DNA from: Alphaproteobacteria bacterium
GTDB lineage: Bacteria; Pseudomonadota; Alphaproteobacteria; CALKHQ01
Length of the DNA stretch: 64,000 bases
Direction: 5' to 3'
Assembly (NCBI GenBank): GCA_965227515.1
Contig: CBDDFZ010000001.1
Coordinates: 128,001-192,000 of the forward strand
Positions 53,430 to 62,588 of this stretch are shown one piece after another. The notes under the pieces were generated by a model that saw only the letters and a program-made list of their open reading frames with translations, was not told the origin of the DNA and did no database searches. Made by a program: the position numbers and the translations under genes. How positions within the stretch are numbered: position 1 is the first letter of the stretch; each line of letters begins with the position of its first letter.

Positions 53430-54626
53430 TCAGCGCGCTTCCGCCCAGTCCATCAGGCGGCGCATGAAGGCGATACACTGATCGACCTGCGCGATATCGA
53501 TGAACTCGTCCGGCTTGTGCGCCTGTTCGATGTGGCCGGGCCCGCAGATCACCGTCGGCACGCCCGCTTCCTGGAACAGCCCGGCTTCCGCGCCATAGGA
53601 GACCACGAACGTCGTGTTGGCGCCGGCCAAGTGCATGGCCAGGGATTCCGCCGCCGAGCCCTGTTCCGGCCGCAGCGCCGGGATCGACACCCGCCGCTTG
53701 GTCACCACGCCGACATCGGCGTCCAGGTCGATGCCGGGCGCGTCCCCCACCGCCAGCATCTCCGGCACGATCTCGGCATTGACGAAGTCGTCGATGCGCG
53801 CGGCGAGCGGAATGGGGTCCTCGTCCGGCAGGGCGCGGATCTCCCACTCGAAGGCGCATTTCTTCGGGATGATGTTGAGCGCCGTGCCGCCGTGGATGGT
53901 GCCGATGTGGACGGTCGAGTGCGGCGGCACGAACTCATTCGCCGGGTCGCCGGCATCGCGCAGCTCGTCGGCCAGCGCCTGCAGGCGCGCGATGATGCGC
54001 GCGGCGTAGACGATGGCGTTGACCCCGGCATGGGTACGGCTGGAATGGGCCTGGTGGCCGGTGACGGTGGTCTGGAACGCCGCAATGCCCTTGTGCGCGC
54101 TGCACACCTGCATGCCCGTGGGCTCGCCGACGATGACCGCGATCGGCGCGATCTCCGGCTCGTCGAACGCCGGCAGCATGCCGCGCACCCCGATGCAGCC
54201 GACCTCCTCGTCGTAGGAGACCGCCAGATAGACCGGCACCTTCAGCGCACGAGCCTGGAACTCGCCGGCAAGTGCCATCACCACCGCGATGAAACTCTTC
54301 ATGTCCGAGGTGCCGCGCCCGAAAAGCCGCCCGTCGCGGGTGACCATCCGGAACGGGTCGCTGGACCAGTCCTGCCCCTCGACCGGCACCACGTCGCTGT
54401 GGCCGGAGAGCACCACGCCGCCGGGCTTCTCGGGGCCGAAGCGGGCCAGCACGTTGGCCTTGGCGCCGTCCGGGCTCTCGAAGCGCCGGGTCGGCACGCC
54501 GGCCTCGGCAAGCGTGCGCTCGACGAATTCGATCAGGTCCATATTGGAACGATGGGACACCGTGTCGTAGCCGATGAGTGCGCCGATCATGTCGCACGTC
54601 GCGTTCAACATCGGGTCCGTCATCAT
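53430..54626 (-). CDS. argE: Acetylornithine deacetylase (M20 family)
   Basis: LSGHSDVVP, GRGTSDMK, SYDEEVGC, GEPT, AHKPDEF. Confidence 0.9.
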   Translation of the reverse strand: MMTDPMLNATCDMIGALIGYDTVSHRSNMDLIEFVERTLAEAGVPTRRFESPDGAKANVLARFGPEKPGGVVLSGHSDVVPVEGQDWSSDPFRMVTRDGRLFGRGTSDMKSFIAVVMALAGEFQARALKVPVYLAVSYDEEVGCIGVRGMLPAFDEPEIAPIAVIVGEPTGMQVCSAHKGIAAFQTTVTGHQAHSSRTHAGVNAIVYAARIIARLQALADELRDAGDPANEFVPPHSTVHIGTIHGGTALNIIPKKCAFEWEIRALPDEDPIPLAARIDDFVNAEIVPEMLAVGDAPGIDLDADVGVVTKRRVSIPALRPEQGSAAESLAMHLAGANTTFVVSYGAEAGLFQEAGVPTVICGPGHIEQAHKPDEFIDIAQVDQCIAFMRRLMDWAEAR

Positions 54627-54645
54627 CCCTCCTGCAACAGTGGGC

Positions 54646-56094
54646 CTACGCGCGCCAGAACGCAGGCGTGAACAGAATCAGTATCGTGAACAGTTCCAGC
54701 CGCCCGAGCAACATGCCAAACGACAACAGCCACTTCGCCGCATCGGGCAGCGTGCCGAAGTGGGTCGACGGGCCGATGCGCTCGCCCAGCCCCGGCCCGA
54801 CATTGGCGATCGCGGTCGCCGCCCCCGACACGCTGGTCAGGAAGTCCAGCCCCATGATGCCCAACGCCATCGCCAGGAAGCCGAACGACACCGCGTAGAT
54901 GTAGAAGAACGCCATCACCGAGACCTGCACCTGCTCGGAGATCGGCTTGCCGTTATAGTAGGCGATGAAGACGCCATGGGGCTGCAGCAGGCGGCCGAGC
55001 TGGGCCTTGGCGGTCTCATAGAGCACCTGGTAGCGGAAGATCTTGATGCCGCAGGTGGTCGAGCCGGCGCAGCCGCCGGTGAACATCAGCAGGAAGAACA
55101 CGGTCACCGCGAACGTGCCCCACAGGCCGTAGTCCGCGGTGGAATAGCCGGTGCCGGTGATGATCGACACCACGTTGAACGTCGAGTAGCGGGCGGCCAG
55201 CCCCGGCGTCAGCCCGTTGGCCAGCCACAGCCACAGGAACATGGTGACCGCAGCCAGCGCCACCATCGACAGGAACCACTGCACCTGGCTGTCGCGCAGG
55301 ATGGCCAGCAGGTCGCCGCGCACGAACTTCAGGTAGAGCAGGAACGGCAGGCTGCCCAGCAGCATGAACACGGTCGCCGTGGCGTCGATCAGCCCGCTGT
55401 CGAACTTGCCGATGGAATCGTCGGAAGTGGAGAAGCCGCCGGTCGCGATGGTCGTCATCGCGTGGATGATGGCCTCGAACCCGGTCATGCCGAACGCCCA
55501 GTAGAGCAAGGCGCAGGCCACGGTCATGACGAAATAGACGGTGCCGATGGCGCCGGCGATCTGGGTGGCGCGCGGCAGCGCCTTTTCCGACGTATCGGAG
55601 GATTCCAGCCGGAACAGCTGCATGCCGCCGACCTGCAGCACCGGCAGCACCGCCATCGCCATCACGATGATGCCGATGCCGCCCATCCATTGCAGCAGGC
55701 CGCGCCAGAGCAGAATGCCGGGCGGCGCATCGTCGAGCTCCCACATCACGGTGGAGCCGGTGGTGGTGATGCCCGACATCGCCTCGAAGAAGGCGTCAGT
55801 GAAGCTCATGTCCAGGTCGGCCAGCGCGAACGGGATGCTGGCGAACAGGGTGAGCGCCAGCCAGCTTGTCGCGGTCAGCAGGAACGCCTGGCGCAGATTG
55901 ACCCGGAAGCGCCCGACCTGATTGGTCAGGATCATTGAGACGCCGACAAAAACCGTAATGACGGCGGAAAGCGCAAACGACTGCCAGTCCTCGTTGCCGG
56001 CCGCCAGGTCGGCGATCATCGGCAGCAGCATGGTGACCGACAGTGTGGAGAGAAGCGCGCCGACAACCAGCAGGATGGGACGAATATCGAGCAT
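54646..56094 (-). CDS. trkH: Trk potassium uptake membrane protein
   Basis: SGITTTGST, TIATGGFS, TGTGY, GSTTCGIK, NVGPGLG, GRLELF. Confidence 0.95.
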   Translation of the reverse strand: MLDIRPILLVVGALLSTLSVTMLLPMIADLAAGNEDWQSFALSAVITVFVGVSMILTNQVGRFRVNLRQAFLLTATSWLALTLFASIPFALADLDMSFTDAFFEAMSGITTTGSTVMWELDDAPPGILLWRGLLQWMGGIGIIVMAMAVLPVLQVGGMQLFRLESSDTSEKALPRATQIAGAIGTVYFVMTVACALLYWAFGMTGFEAIIHAMTTIATGGFSTSDDSIGKFDSGLIDATATVFMLLGSLPFLLYLKFVRGDLLAILRDSQVQWFLSMVALAAVTMFLWLWLANGLTPGLAARYSTFNVVSIITGTGYSTADYGLWGTFAVTVFFLLMFTGGCAGSTTCGIKIFRYQVLYETAKAQLGRLLQPHGVFIAYYNGKPISEQVQVSVMAFFYIYAVSFGFLAMALGIMGLDFLTSVSGAATAIANVGPGLGERIGPSTHFGTLPDAAKWLLSFGMLLGRLELFTILILFTPAFWRA

Positions 56095-56161
56095 GAGGCG
56101 TCAGCGGCAGTCGGTCTGGCGTGGCCGAGGCTGGCAGGTCAAGGGAGCCGCGCCAACCTGA

Positions 56162-56554
56162 TCAGTTCAACCGGCCGCGCGCGTCGGGCAGGTCTAGCGG
56201 AAATGCGGGGATGGCGATATCGAGACGCTCTCCCTCGCTGCTGATCATCTCGTAGGTCCCGACCATGAAGCCCGACGGCGTGTCGAGCGGCGCGCCGCTG
56301 GTGTATTCGAACGACTCGCCGGGGCCCAGCACCGGCTGTTCGCCGACCACGCCCTCGCCACGCACCTCGTGCACGCGGCCGAAGGCGTCGGTGATCCGCC
56401 AGTAGCGATTGCGCAACTGCACGGTGTGGGCGCCGTCATTGGCGATGCGCACGTGGTAGGCCCAGACGTAATGATGATCGTCGGGCGACGATTCGTTGGG
56501 CAGGTAGACCGGCTTCACGGTGACCGAAATGGAATGGGTGCACGACGTATACAT
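56162..56554 (-). CDS. apaG: ApaG protein
   Basis: YVWAYHVRI, RYWRITD, GEGVVGEQP, YTSG.PL.TPSG.M.G. Confidence 0.95.
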   Translation of the reverse strand: MYTSCTHSISVTVKPVYLPNESSPDDHHYVWAYHVRIANDGAHTVQLRNRYWRITDAFGRVHEVRGEGVVGEQPVLGPGESFEYTSGAPLDTPSGFMVGTYEMISSEGERLDIAIPAFPLDLPDARGRLN

Positions 56555-56979
56555 GACTGGCCTCGCCTCTCGGGCCGATAGCGCGGGCCGCGCGGCACAT
56601 GGCGCCGACACGGCAGCGGGCAGGGCCCGACACTTCCGCCGCTCGCCATAAGGTCCCAGACCGTTGTCGCGATCGACGGTGCGCAAGCATTCTGCCGCCG
56701 ACGCGGCCACACGCATTGCGCCGGGCCATTTCATACCCATGCGCCGCCGGGCGCAAGCCGCATCGCGTGCCTGGAGGCGATAATTGTACGTAACCGTGCG
56801 ACGTCGAGCCTGTGCGATCAGGCGCACGCGTACGGCAGGCCACCGTTCAGGCGGTCGCGTACACGCGACGTACTCAACGGGCGGCCTGCCATCGACGGCA
56901 GGCGCCCCATGCCGAAGAGCCGCGCGGACCGGGCACGCATGACGCGCGCCCGATCCGCATGGCTATCATTCTCAGCCCA

Positions 56980-57021
56980 GTGAACGCTACTGGGTGAACG
57001 CTACCCGGCAAACGCTACTGG
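56980..57021. repeat. 14-bp-period tandem repeat (AACGCTAC x3) containing the stop codon of the PPC gene
   Basis: AACGCTAC at 56983, 56997 and 57011; CTA at 57015 is the minus-strand TAG. Confidence 0.8.
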
Positions 57022-58589
57022 GCGGGCGCGTCCTCGGTCGGGGCCTCTTCCGCCGGCAGCATCAAGTCCAGCCGGCCGGAGTCCGCCGGTGCCTCGCTGT
57101 CGCCCGGCGCCGGCTCGGTTGGCGTCTCGGGGTCGGGCGCCGGCATGCTGGCGCCATCCGACTCCATCGACACCGAGACCGAGTAGTCGCTCTCGCCGTC
57201 GAACGCGTAGACGTGGATGTAGTACTGGCCCTCGCCGACCGCGGTGGCGATCACCTCGTCGGCGACACCATTGTTGTTGGACATCGCGACGATGGCGCCA
57301 TTGGCATCCAGCAGTTCCACGTCCAGGTCGTTCGACAGGCCGGTGACCTCGACCACGATGTTGCCCGCGCCACCCGACGTGAACGCATAGTAGTCGTCGC
57401 TGTCGGCCAGCCCCAGCCAGTCGCCGGCCTCCAGGCCGTCGGCACCGATCATGCCGAGGTCGTTGGCCGCGTCCATGTTGTTGCCGGCACCGTCAGCCGG
57501 CGGCGGCTCGGACGACGCGGTGGACACCTCCAGCGTGTAGTCGCTCTGGCCCGAGTAGACGAAGGCGTGGACGTAGTAGGTGCCCGGCCCCACGACGACC
57601 GTCACCACCTCTTCGGTGTTGCCGCCATTGTCGGAAATCTGAAGCATGTCGCCATTGTCGTCGACGATCTCCAGGTCCATGTCCGACTGCAGGCCGCTCA
57701 GGATCGCCGTGACCTCGGTGAAGTCCTCGACGGTGATGCTGAACCAGTCCTCATAGTCGGTCACGTCCAACCGCTCGTAGAACACCGCCGAGCCGGTCGA
57801 CAGGTCCAGCGGTTCCGCCGTCTCCATCGTGTTGCCGACGGTGTCCGGCGGCGGCGGGTCGGTGGGCTCCGAATACAGGTAGAGCGTGTAGTCGCTGGTC
57901 GCGCTCTCGAAAGAGTAGATGTGGATGTAGTAGCGGCCGGCCGGGATGATCTGCTGCACGTATTCGGGGCTGGCGCCGGCCACCTCCGATGCGCCCATGA
58001 TCTGCTCGTATTCGTCCAGCAGCAGCAGGTCGATGTCGCCGCTCAGATTCTCCAGCGCCAGGTCGACGAAGGTCCAGTCGGTGACCTCGAAGGTGTAGTA
58101 GTCGTCGATGTCGTTGCCGCTGACCCCGTCTTCCAGCACCAGGTCGGCGATGGAATCGAGCACGCCCAGGTCGTGGGCGTCATAGATGGTGTTGCCGGCG
58201 CCATCGGCACCGCCCGCGCCATTGTCGGGCCCGGCGCCACTGCCGCCGCCGCTCTGGCCGCCGCCGGGACCGACCAGTTGGCCGGACGTCAGGTTGCCCG
58301 CCCACATGTAGCCGATCTGGCCGTCATAGAGCTCGACCCGCAGCCATTCGGTGCCTTCGACGATGCCGGTCACGGTGACCGGGTCGCCGAGCCGGAACAC
58401 GTCGATGATGTAGGACCCCGTGCTCGGCCCTTCGCGCACATTGGCTTCGAACCAGGTGACGTAGTAGATGCCGTCGATCTCCTGCACCGATGGTGCCAGG
58501 TCTTGCGCGGTTGCTACCGAGGTCAGCGCCGTTGCAGCGGTCAATGCGGCCGCCAGGCAGGTGTATTTGATGCGTCGTTGAATGGACAT
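57015..58589 (-). CDS. Secreted protein: SH3b domain + three pre-peptidase C-terminal (PPC) repeats
   Basis: Signal peptide; ANVREGPST...EWLRV...GQIGYM; three GN..A..L...D.DDYY.F...D.DL.L.D...G.YY.HVY units; Gly linker; Pro/Glu tail. Confidence 0.8.
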   Translation of the reverse strand: MSIQRRIKYTCLAAALTAATALTSVATAQDLAPSVQEIDGIYYVTWFEANVREGPSTGSYIIDVFRLGDPVTVTGIVEGTEWLRVELYDGQIGYMWAGNLTSGQLVGPGGGQSGGGSGAGPDNGAGGADGAGNTIYDAHDLGVLDSIADLVLEDGVSGNDIDDYYTFEVTDWTFVDLALENLSGDIDLLLLDEYEQIMGASEVAGASPEYVQQIIPAGRYYIHIYSFESATSDYTLYLYSEPTDPPPPDTVGNTMETAEPLDLSTGSAVFYERLDVTDYEDWFSITVEDFTEVTAILSGLQSDMDLEIVDDNGDMLQISDNGGNTEEVVTVVVGPGTYYVHAFVYSGQSDYTLEVSTASSEPPPADGAGNNMDAANDLGMIGADGLEAGDWLGLADSDDYYAFTSGGAGNIVVEVTGLSNDLDVELLDANGAIVAMSNNNGVADEVIATAVGEGQYYIHVYAFDGESDYSVSVSMESDGASMPAPDPETPTEPAPGDSEAPADSGRLDLMLPAEEAPTEDAPAQ

Positions 58590-58665
58590 GAACTCCGCTC
58601 GCGTCTTCTTGTGACAGGACGGCAGGCCCGCGGGGGCCGCGTTCCGGGGGCATCTGGCCGGTCCG

Positions 58666-58795
58666 CTAGATCAAGATCGGCTCACGCCACAGTCTGCGCC
58701 AGCCTTCTCCCCCTCACGGCCGCCCAACGATTTTATCCTGCTGGGGGACCGGGAGGGGGAGAAGGCCAGTGCCGACTTGAGTGACCAAGCTCTAG
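58666..58795. mobile_element. Full-length family B element (CTAG...CTAG)
   Basis: CTAGATCAAGATCGGCTCACGCCACAGTCTGCGCC...GTGCCGACTTGAGTGACCAAGCTCTAG. Confidence 0.85.
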
Positions 58796-59047
58796 CATGG
58801 ACGCCGGCAATCAAGCGACACAATGTGGCGTTTTCAGCGCCGTTGCAAGGCGCACGCGAGGCGATTTCGCGCTGCGATTGCGAACCCCGCCGGCGTGTCG
58901 GGCCAGACCCGACGTTTGTGCGAGACCACCACATGATGGCCGGTTTTGCTGGCATGATGACCGCGATTCGGGTGCCGGCGCGTTGCCGTCGAGCGTAAGC
59001 GTCGGCGCCCGAGACAGGCCCGATACGACACCCAGGAAGGAAGAGAC

Positions 59048-59776
59048 ATGCTCGACCAAATGCGCGCCGCCGTCATCGCACTCTCCGCGGCACTGGCTGC
59101 TCTCGCCACCCTGCCTGCAACCGGGCACGCGCAAAGCGGCCCCATCGAGCTGAACGAGCTGACGGTCCAGCGCCTGGAGACCCCGGTGCTGGAGTGGCTG
59201 GCCGGGCAAGGCGCCGATACGCGGCCCGACGTCGTCTTCAGCCGATCAGACCTGCTTAGCGGGCTGGATTGGTCGAAAGAAACGATGCTGGAGGAGCTGG
59301 GACGCCGATTCGAACTGGAATCGCAAGGCATCGAGGTGTCCGAGGACCGGATGAGTTTCAGCGAGTTCAGCCAGTATGTGGTCGACCTCGGCATGTCGAA
59401 CGAGGTCGATCTCGATGAGATCGAGGACACGCAGAACGACAACGTGATCGATCTGGACAGTATCGAAAGCGACGGCGAGGACTCGGCGGGGGCGACCTGC
59501 AAGGATGTCCGGGTCCTCAGCCTGGCCACCATCCTCACCATGGTGCAGCCCGGCATGGAGGATGCCTTGCGGCCGGCGCTGGGCGAGCGGGCGGCGCGCT
59601 TCGCCGCCATCGGCGAAGAGATCATTCTGGCGGAAGGACCCGACTGCATCGTCCGTTTCGCCAGCCGCGAGGTCACCCTGGGCGAGGCGGTCGCGCGTCT
59701 GCACATGATTGCGGGCACCGGGCTGTCCGCCGACGACGACCAGGACGCGCCGCCGCAGCCCGACGGGCAGAGCTAG
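59048..59776 (+). CDS. Hypothetical acidic secreted protein
   Basis: Purine-rich RBS region; signal peptide ending GHA-Q; two Cys; no motif recognised. Confidence 0.7.
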   Translation: MLDQMRAAVIALSAALAALATLPATGHAQSGPIELNELTVQRLETPVLEWLAGQGADTRPDVVFSRSDLLSGLDWSKETMLEELGRRFELESQGIEVSEDRMSFSEFSQYVVDLGMSNEVDLDEIEDTQNDNVIDLDSIESDGEDSAGATCKDVRVLSLATILTMVQPGMEDALRPALGERAARFAAIGEEIILAEGPDCIVRFASREVTLGEAVARLHMIAGTGLSADDDQDAPPQPDGQS

Positions 59777-59818
59777 AGCCAGAGCTAGAGCTAGAGCTAG
59801 AGCTAGAGCTAGAGCTAG
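59769..59818. repeat. Hexanucleotide microsatellite (AGAGCT)x8
   Basis: Eight units (second is AGAGCC) plus AG; the junction of units 1 and 2 forms the TAG stop of the upstream gene. Confidence 0.95.
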
Positions 59819-59894
59819 CGATGCGTGGCCGAAGCGGCGGCGCCCCCGCAATAGCGGTGATGACGCGCGCGCGCCGGTCGGGCAAGATCACCGG

Positions 59895-61598
59895 ATGTCC
59901 AGCCCCGATCCCTTGAACGCCGCCACCTACTACGTCGCCGACGGGTACGACACCGACAATCGGACGCTGATGGGCCGGCGCGCGGCCGGCGAGGCCTATC
60001 TGCGGGCATTCGTCCGCCACGGCGGTGTGTCCCCGCTCTATTGCCTGACCCCCAGCGAAGCGGCGTTCCAGGCGTTCCGCACCCAGGTCGCCGGGTTCGC
60101 CGATAACCCGCCGGCGGCGGAGCATCTGTCGCTCGGCGATCACAGGGCCATCGCGCGCGCCGGCACCGTGTTCTATCCCGGGCCGGATATCGCACGGCTG
60201 GCCTGGCCGCGCGAGCCGGACCACGCCGCCGCCTACAGCCTGTGCGGGGTCACCCACACCACAGCGTCGCACGGGGTGATGGATGCCATCGGCGCGCTGG
60301 TGCACGCCCCGCTCTATGACTGGGACGCGCTGATCTGCACCAGCCGCGCGGTGCGCCAGACCATCGAATGCGTGCTGGGCACCATGTCGGAGCAGCAGCA
60401 GGCGCGCTACGGCACTCCACTGGCCTGCCGGGTGCAATTGCCGATCATTCCGCTTGGCGTGGAGTGCGCGATCTACGCCCAGGGCCGCGAGGCGCAGCGC
60501 CTGCGCGCCGGCTTCCGCCAGCGGCTCGGCATCGGCGACGGCGACATCGCGGTGCTGTCGCTCAGCCGGCTGAGCTATCACGGCAAGGCGCATCCGCTGC
60601 CGATGTTCGTCGCCCTGGAGGCGGCGGCCAAGTCGCAGCCCCGCCCGGTCCACCTGATCCTGGCCGGCTGGTTCTCCAACGACGCCCTCAAGCGGCATTT
60701 CGCGGCGGCCGCCGCGGCACTCTGCCCGTCGGTGAAGGTCCACATGGTCGACGGCCGCGACCGGACCGTGCGCACCGGCATCTGGTTCGCGGCCGAGATC
60801 TTCTCGCTGATGTCCGACAACATCCAGGAGACCTTCGGCCTGGCACCGCTGGAGGCGATGGCCGCGGGGCTGCCGGTGGTGGCGACGGACTGGAACGGCT
60901 TTCGCGAGACCGTGCGCGATGGCGAGGACGGCATCATGGTGCCGACCTGGATGCCCGGCCCCGGATATGGCGCGGACCTCGCCATGCGCCACGACCTGGG
61001 CGTCGAGAGCTACGACCGCTACATCGGCGCGGCCAGCCAGGCGACCGCCGTCGACATCAGCGCCACGCGCGAGGCGTTCGCCAGCCTGATCGCCAACCCG
61101 GGGCTGCGTACGAGCATGGGCGAGGCCGGGCAGGCCCGGGCGCGCCAGGAGTTCGATTGGCCGGTGATCATCCGCCGCTATCAGGAACTGTGGGCCGAAC
61201 TGGCGGCCCGGCGCGCCGTCGGCGACCGAACGGCAACTTCGGTCGACCTGCCACCGGCACCGCCCGGCGGCCACAACAACCCGGTCCGCGACGACCCGTT
61301 CCGTGCCTTCGCCGGCTATCCGACCCACCTGATCGGGCCGCGCACCATGTTCCAGGCGGCCGACGGCGAACAGGCGCGCGCGACCGCCAAGCTGGTGCGC
61401 CGTCTCGACATGAATGTCTTCTCGCGCGCGGTGCTACCCAGCGACGCCACCCTAGATGCAGTGGTCGAGCGGCTGATCGCCAATGGCGCCACCGCCGCCC
61501 AGGACCTGGTCGAGGCCATCGGTCCCGACCACGAGCCCACCTTCTATCGCGGCCTCGGCTGGCTGGCGAAGATGGGCATCGCCGAGATCGTCTCCTGA
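59895..61598 (+). CDS. Glycosyltransferase family 4
   Basis: SDNIQETFGLAPLEAMAAGLPVVATDWNGFRETV (E-X7-E); RLSYHGKAHP. Confidence 0.92.
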   Translation: MSSPDPLNAATYYVADGYDTDNRTLMGRRAAGEAYLRAFVRHGGVSPLYCLTPSEAAFQAFRTQVAGFADNPPAAEHLSLGDHRAIARAGTVFYPGPDIARLAWPREPDHAAAYSLCGVTHTTASHGVMDAIGALVHAPLYDWDALICTSRAVRQTIECVLGTMSEQQQARYGTPLACRVQLPIIPLGVECAIYAQGREAQRLRAGFRQRLGIGDGDIAVLSLSRLSYHGKAHPLPMFVALEAAAKSQPRPVHLILAGWFSNDALKRHFAAAAAALCPSVKVHMVDGRDRTVRTGIWFAAEIFSLMSDNIQETFGLAPLEAMAAGLPVVATDWNGFRETVRDGEDGIMVPTWMPGPGYGADLAMRHDLGVESYDRYIGAASQATAVDISATREAFASLIANPGLRTSMGEAGQARARQEFDWPVIIRRYQELWAELAARRAVGDRTATSVDLPPAPPGGHNNPVRDDPFRAFAGYPTHLIGPRTMFQAADGEQARATAKLVRRLDMNVFSRAVLPSDATLDAVVERLIANGATAAQDLVEAIGPDHEPTFYRGLGWLAKMGIAEIVS

Positions 61599-61686
61599 CT
61601 ATCCGATTCAACGCAGTCGTGATGTGACCGGGAAGCGGCCAGTCGCTTAGCGTGGCCGCCATCCGCTTGGCAGGGGAACCATCGAC

Positions 61687-62547
61687 ATGACGACTGTTCG
61701 GTTGTTTGTGACCGGCGTGGCTTTCGGCGTCCTGGTCTCGGCCAGCGCGCTTGCGCAGGAGGCGATGCCGGACTGCGGCGGCGTCGACGCGCCCTGCACC
61801 GTGCCGCTGGGCGAGTTCTACATCGCTGCGCCGCAAGAACCGGCCGACGAAACGGCCAGCCCCATCGTCATCTACCTGCACGGCGGCGGCTCGTCCGGCG
61901 CCTCCCTGATGCGCAACCGCGGCATCGTCGACGCGATGACCGCGCGCGGCTATGTCGTCATCGCCCCCAACGGCGCGATCCCCGAGGGCCGGGACCGGCC
62001 AAGCTGGTCGTTCGGCAGCTTCCGCCCGCCGACCCGCGACGAGGCCGCCTTCATGGGCGAGTTGATCGGCTATGCCGCCAACGCCTATGGCGGTGATCCC
62101 GACCGCGTGCTGCTGACCGGGTTCTCCATCGGCGGCTCGATGGTGTGGCGGCTGGCCTGCGACGCGCCCGAGATGTTCGCCGCGTTCGCGCCGATCGCCG
62201 GCGGCTTCTGGCGCCCGTTCCCGGAGGATTGCGCCGGCCCGGTCAAGCTGCTGCACACCCATGGCTGGACCGACCAGACTGTGCCGCTGGAAGGCCGCCC
62301 CCTGCGCCCGGAGATCGAGCAGGGCGACATCTGGGAGGGCATGCAGACCTGGCGCCGCGAGAATGGCTGCGCCAAGCTGCGCGCCGACGAGTTCGAGTTC
62401 GTCGGCGATTTCTGGCACCGCATCTGGACCTCGTGCGACGAGGGCACCGCCCTGGAGTTCGTGCTCCATCCCGGCGGCCACAGCATTCCGCCCGGCTGGA
62501 CCGCCATGACGCTCGACTGGTTCGAGGAAGTAACGAAGGCGGAGTAA
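61687..62547 (+). CDS. Secreted esterase, PHB depolymerase/LpqC-like family (paralog of 33393-34229)
   Basis: Signal peptide; YLHGGG, IAPNG, GFSIGG, HGWTDQTVPLEGR, HPGGH. Confidence 0.85.
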   Translation: MTTVRLFVTGVAFGVLVSASALAQEAMPDCGGVDAPCTVPLGEFYIAAPQEPADETASPIVIYLHGGGSSGASLMRNRGIVDAMTARGYVVIAPNGAIPEGRDRPSWSFGSFRPPTRDEAAFMGELIGYAANAYGGDPDRVLLTGFSIGGSMVWRLACDAPEMFAAFAPIAGGFWRPFPEDCAGPVKLLHTHGWTDQTVPLEGRPLRPEIEQGDIWEGMQTWRRENGCAKLRADEFEFVGDFWHRIWTSCDEGTALEFVLHPGGHSIPPGWTAMTLDWFEEVTKAE

Positions 62548-62588
62548 GGTTTTACCGGCGTTTAAGCCGGATCGCGGACACTGGGCGC

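Noticed and set aside
59709-59894. N-terminal RARARA extension of the glycosyltransferase
   Set aside because: It arises from the microsatellite and overlaps the upstream gene; ATG 59895 fits better
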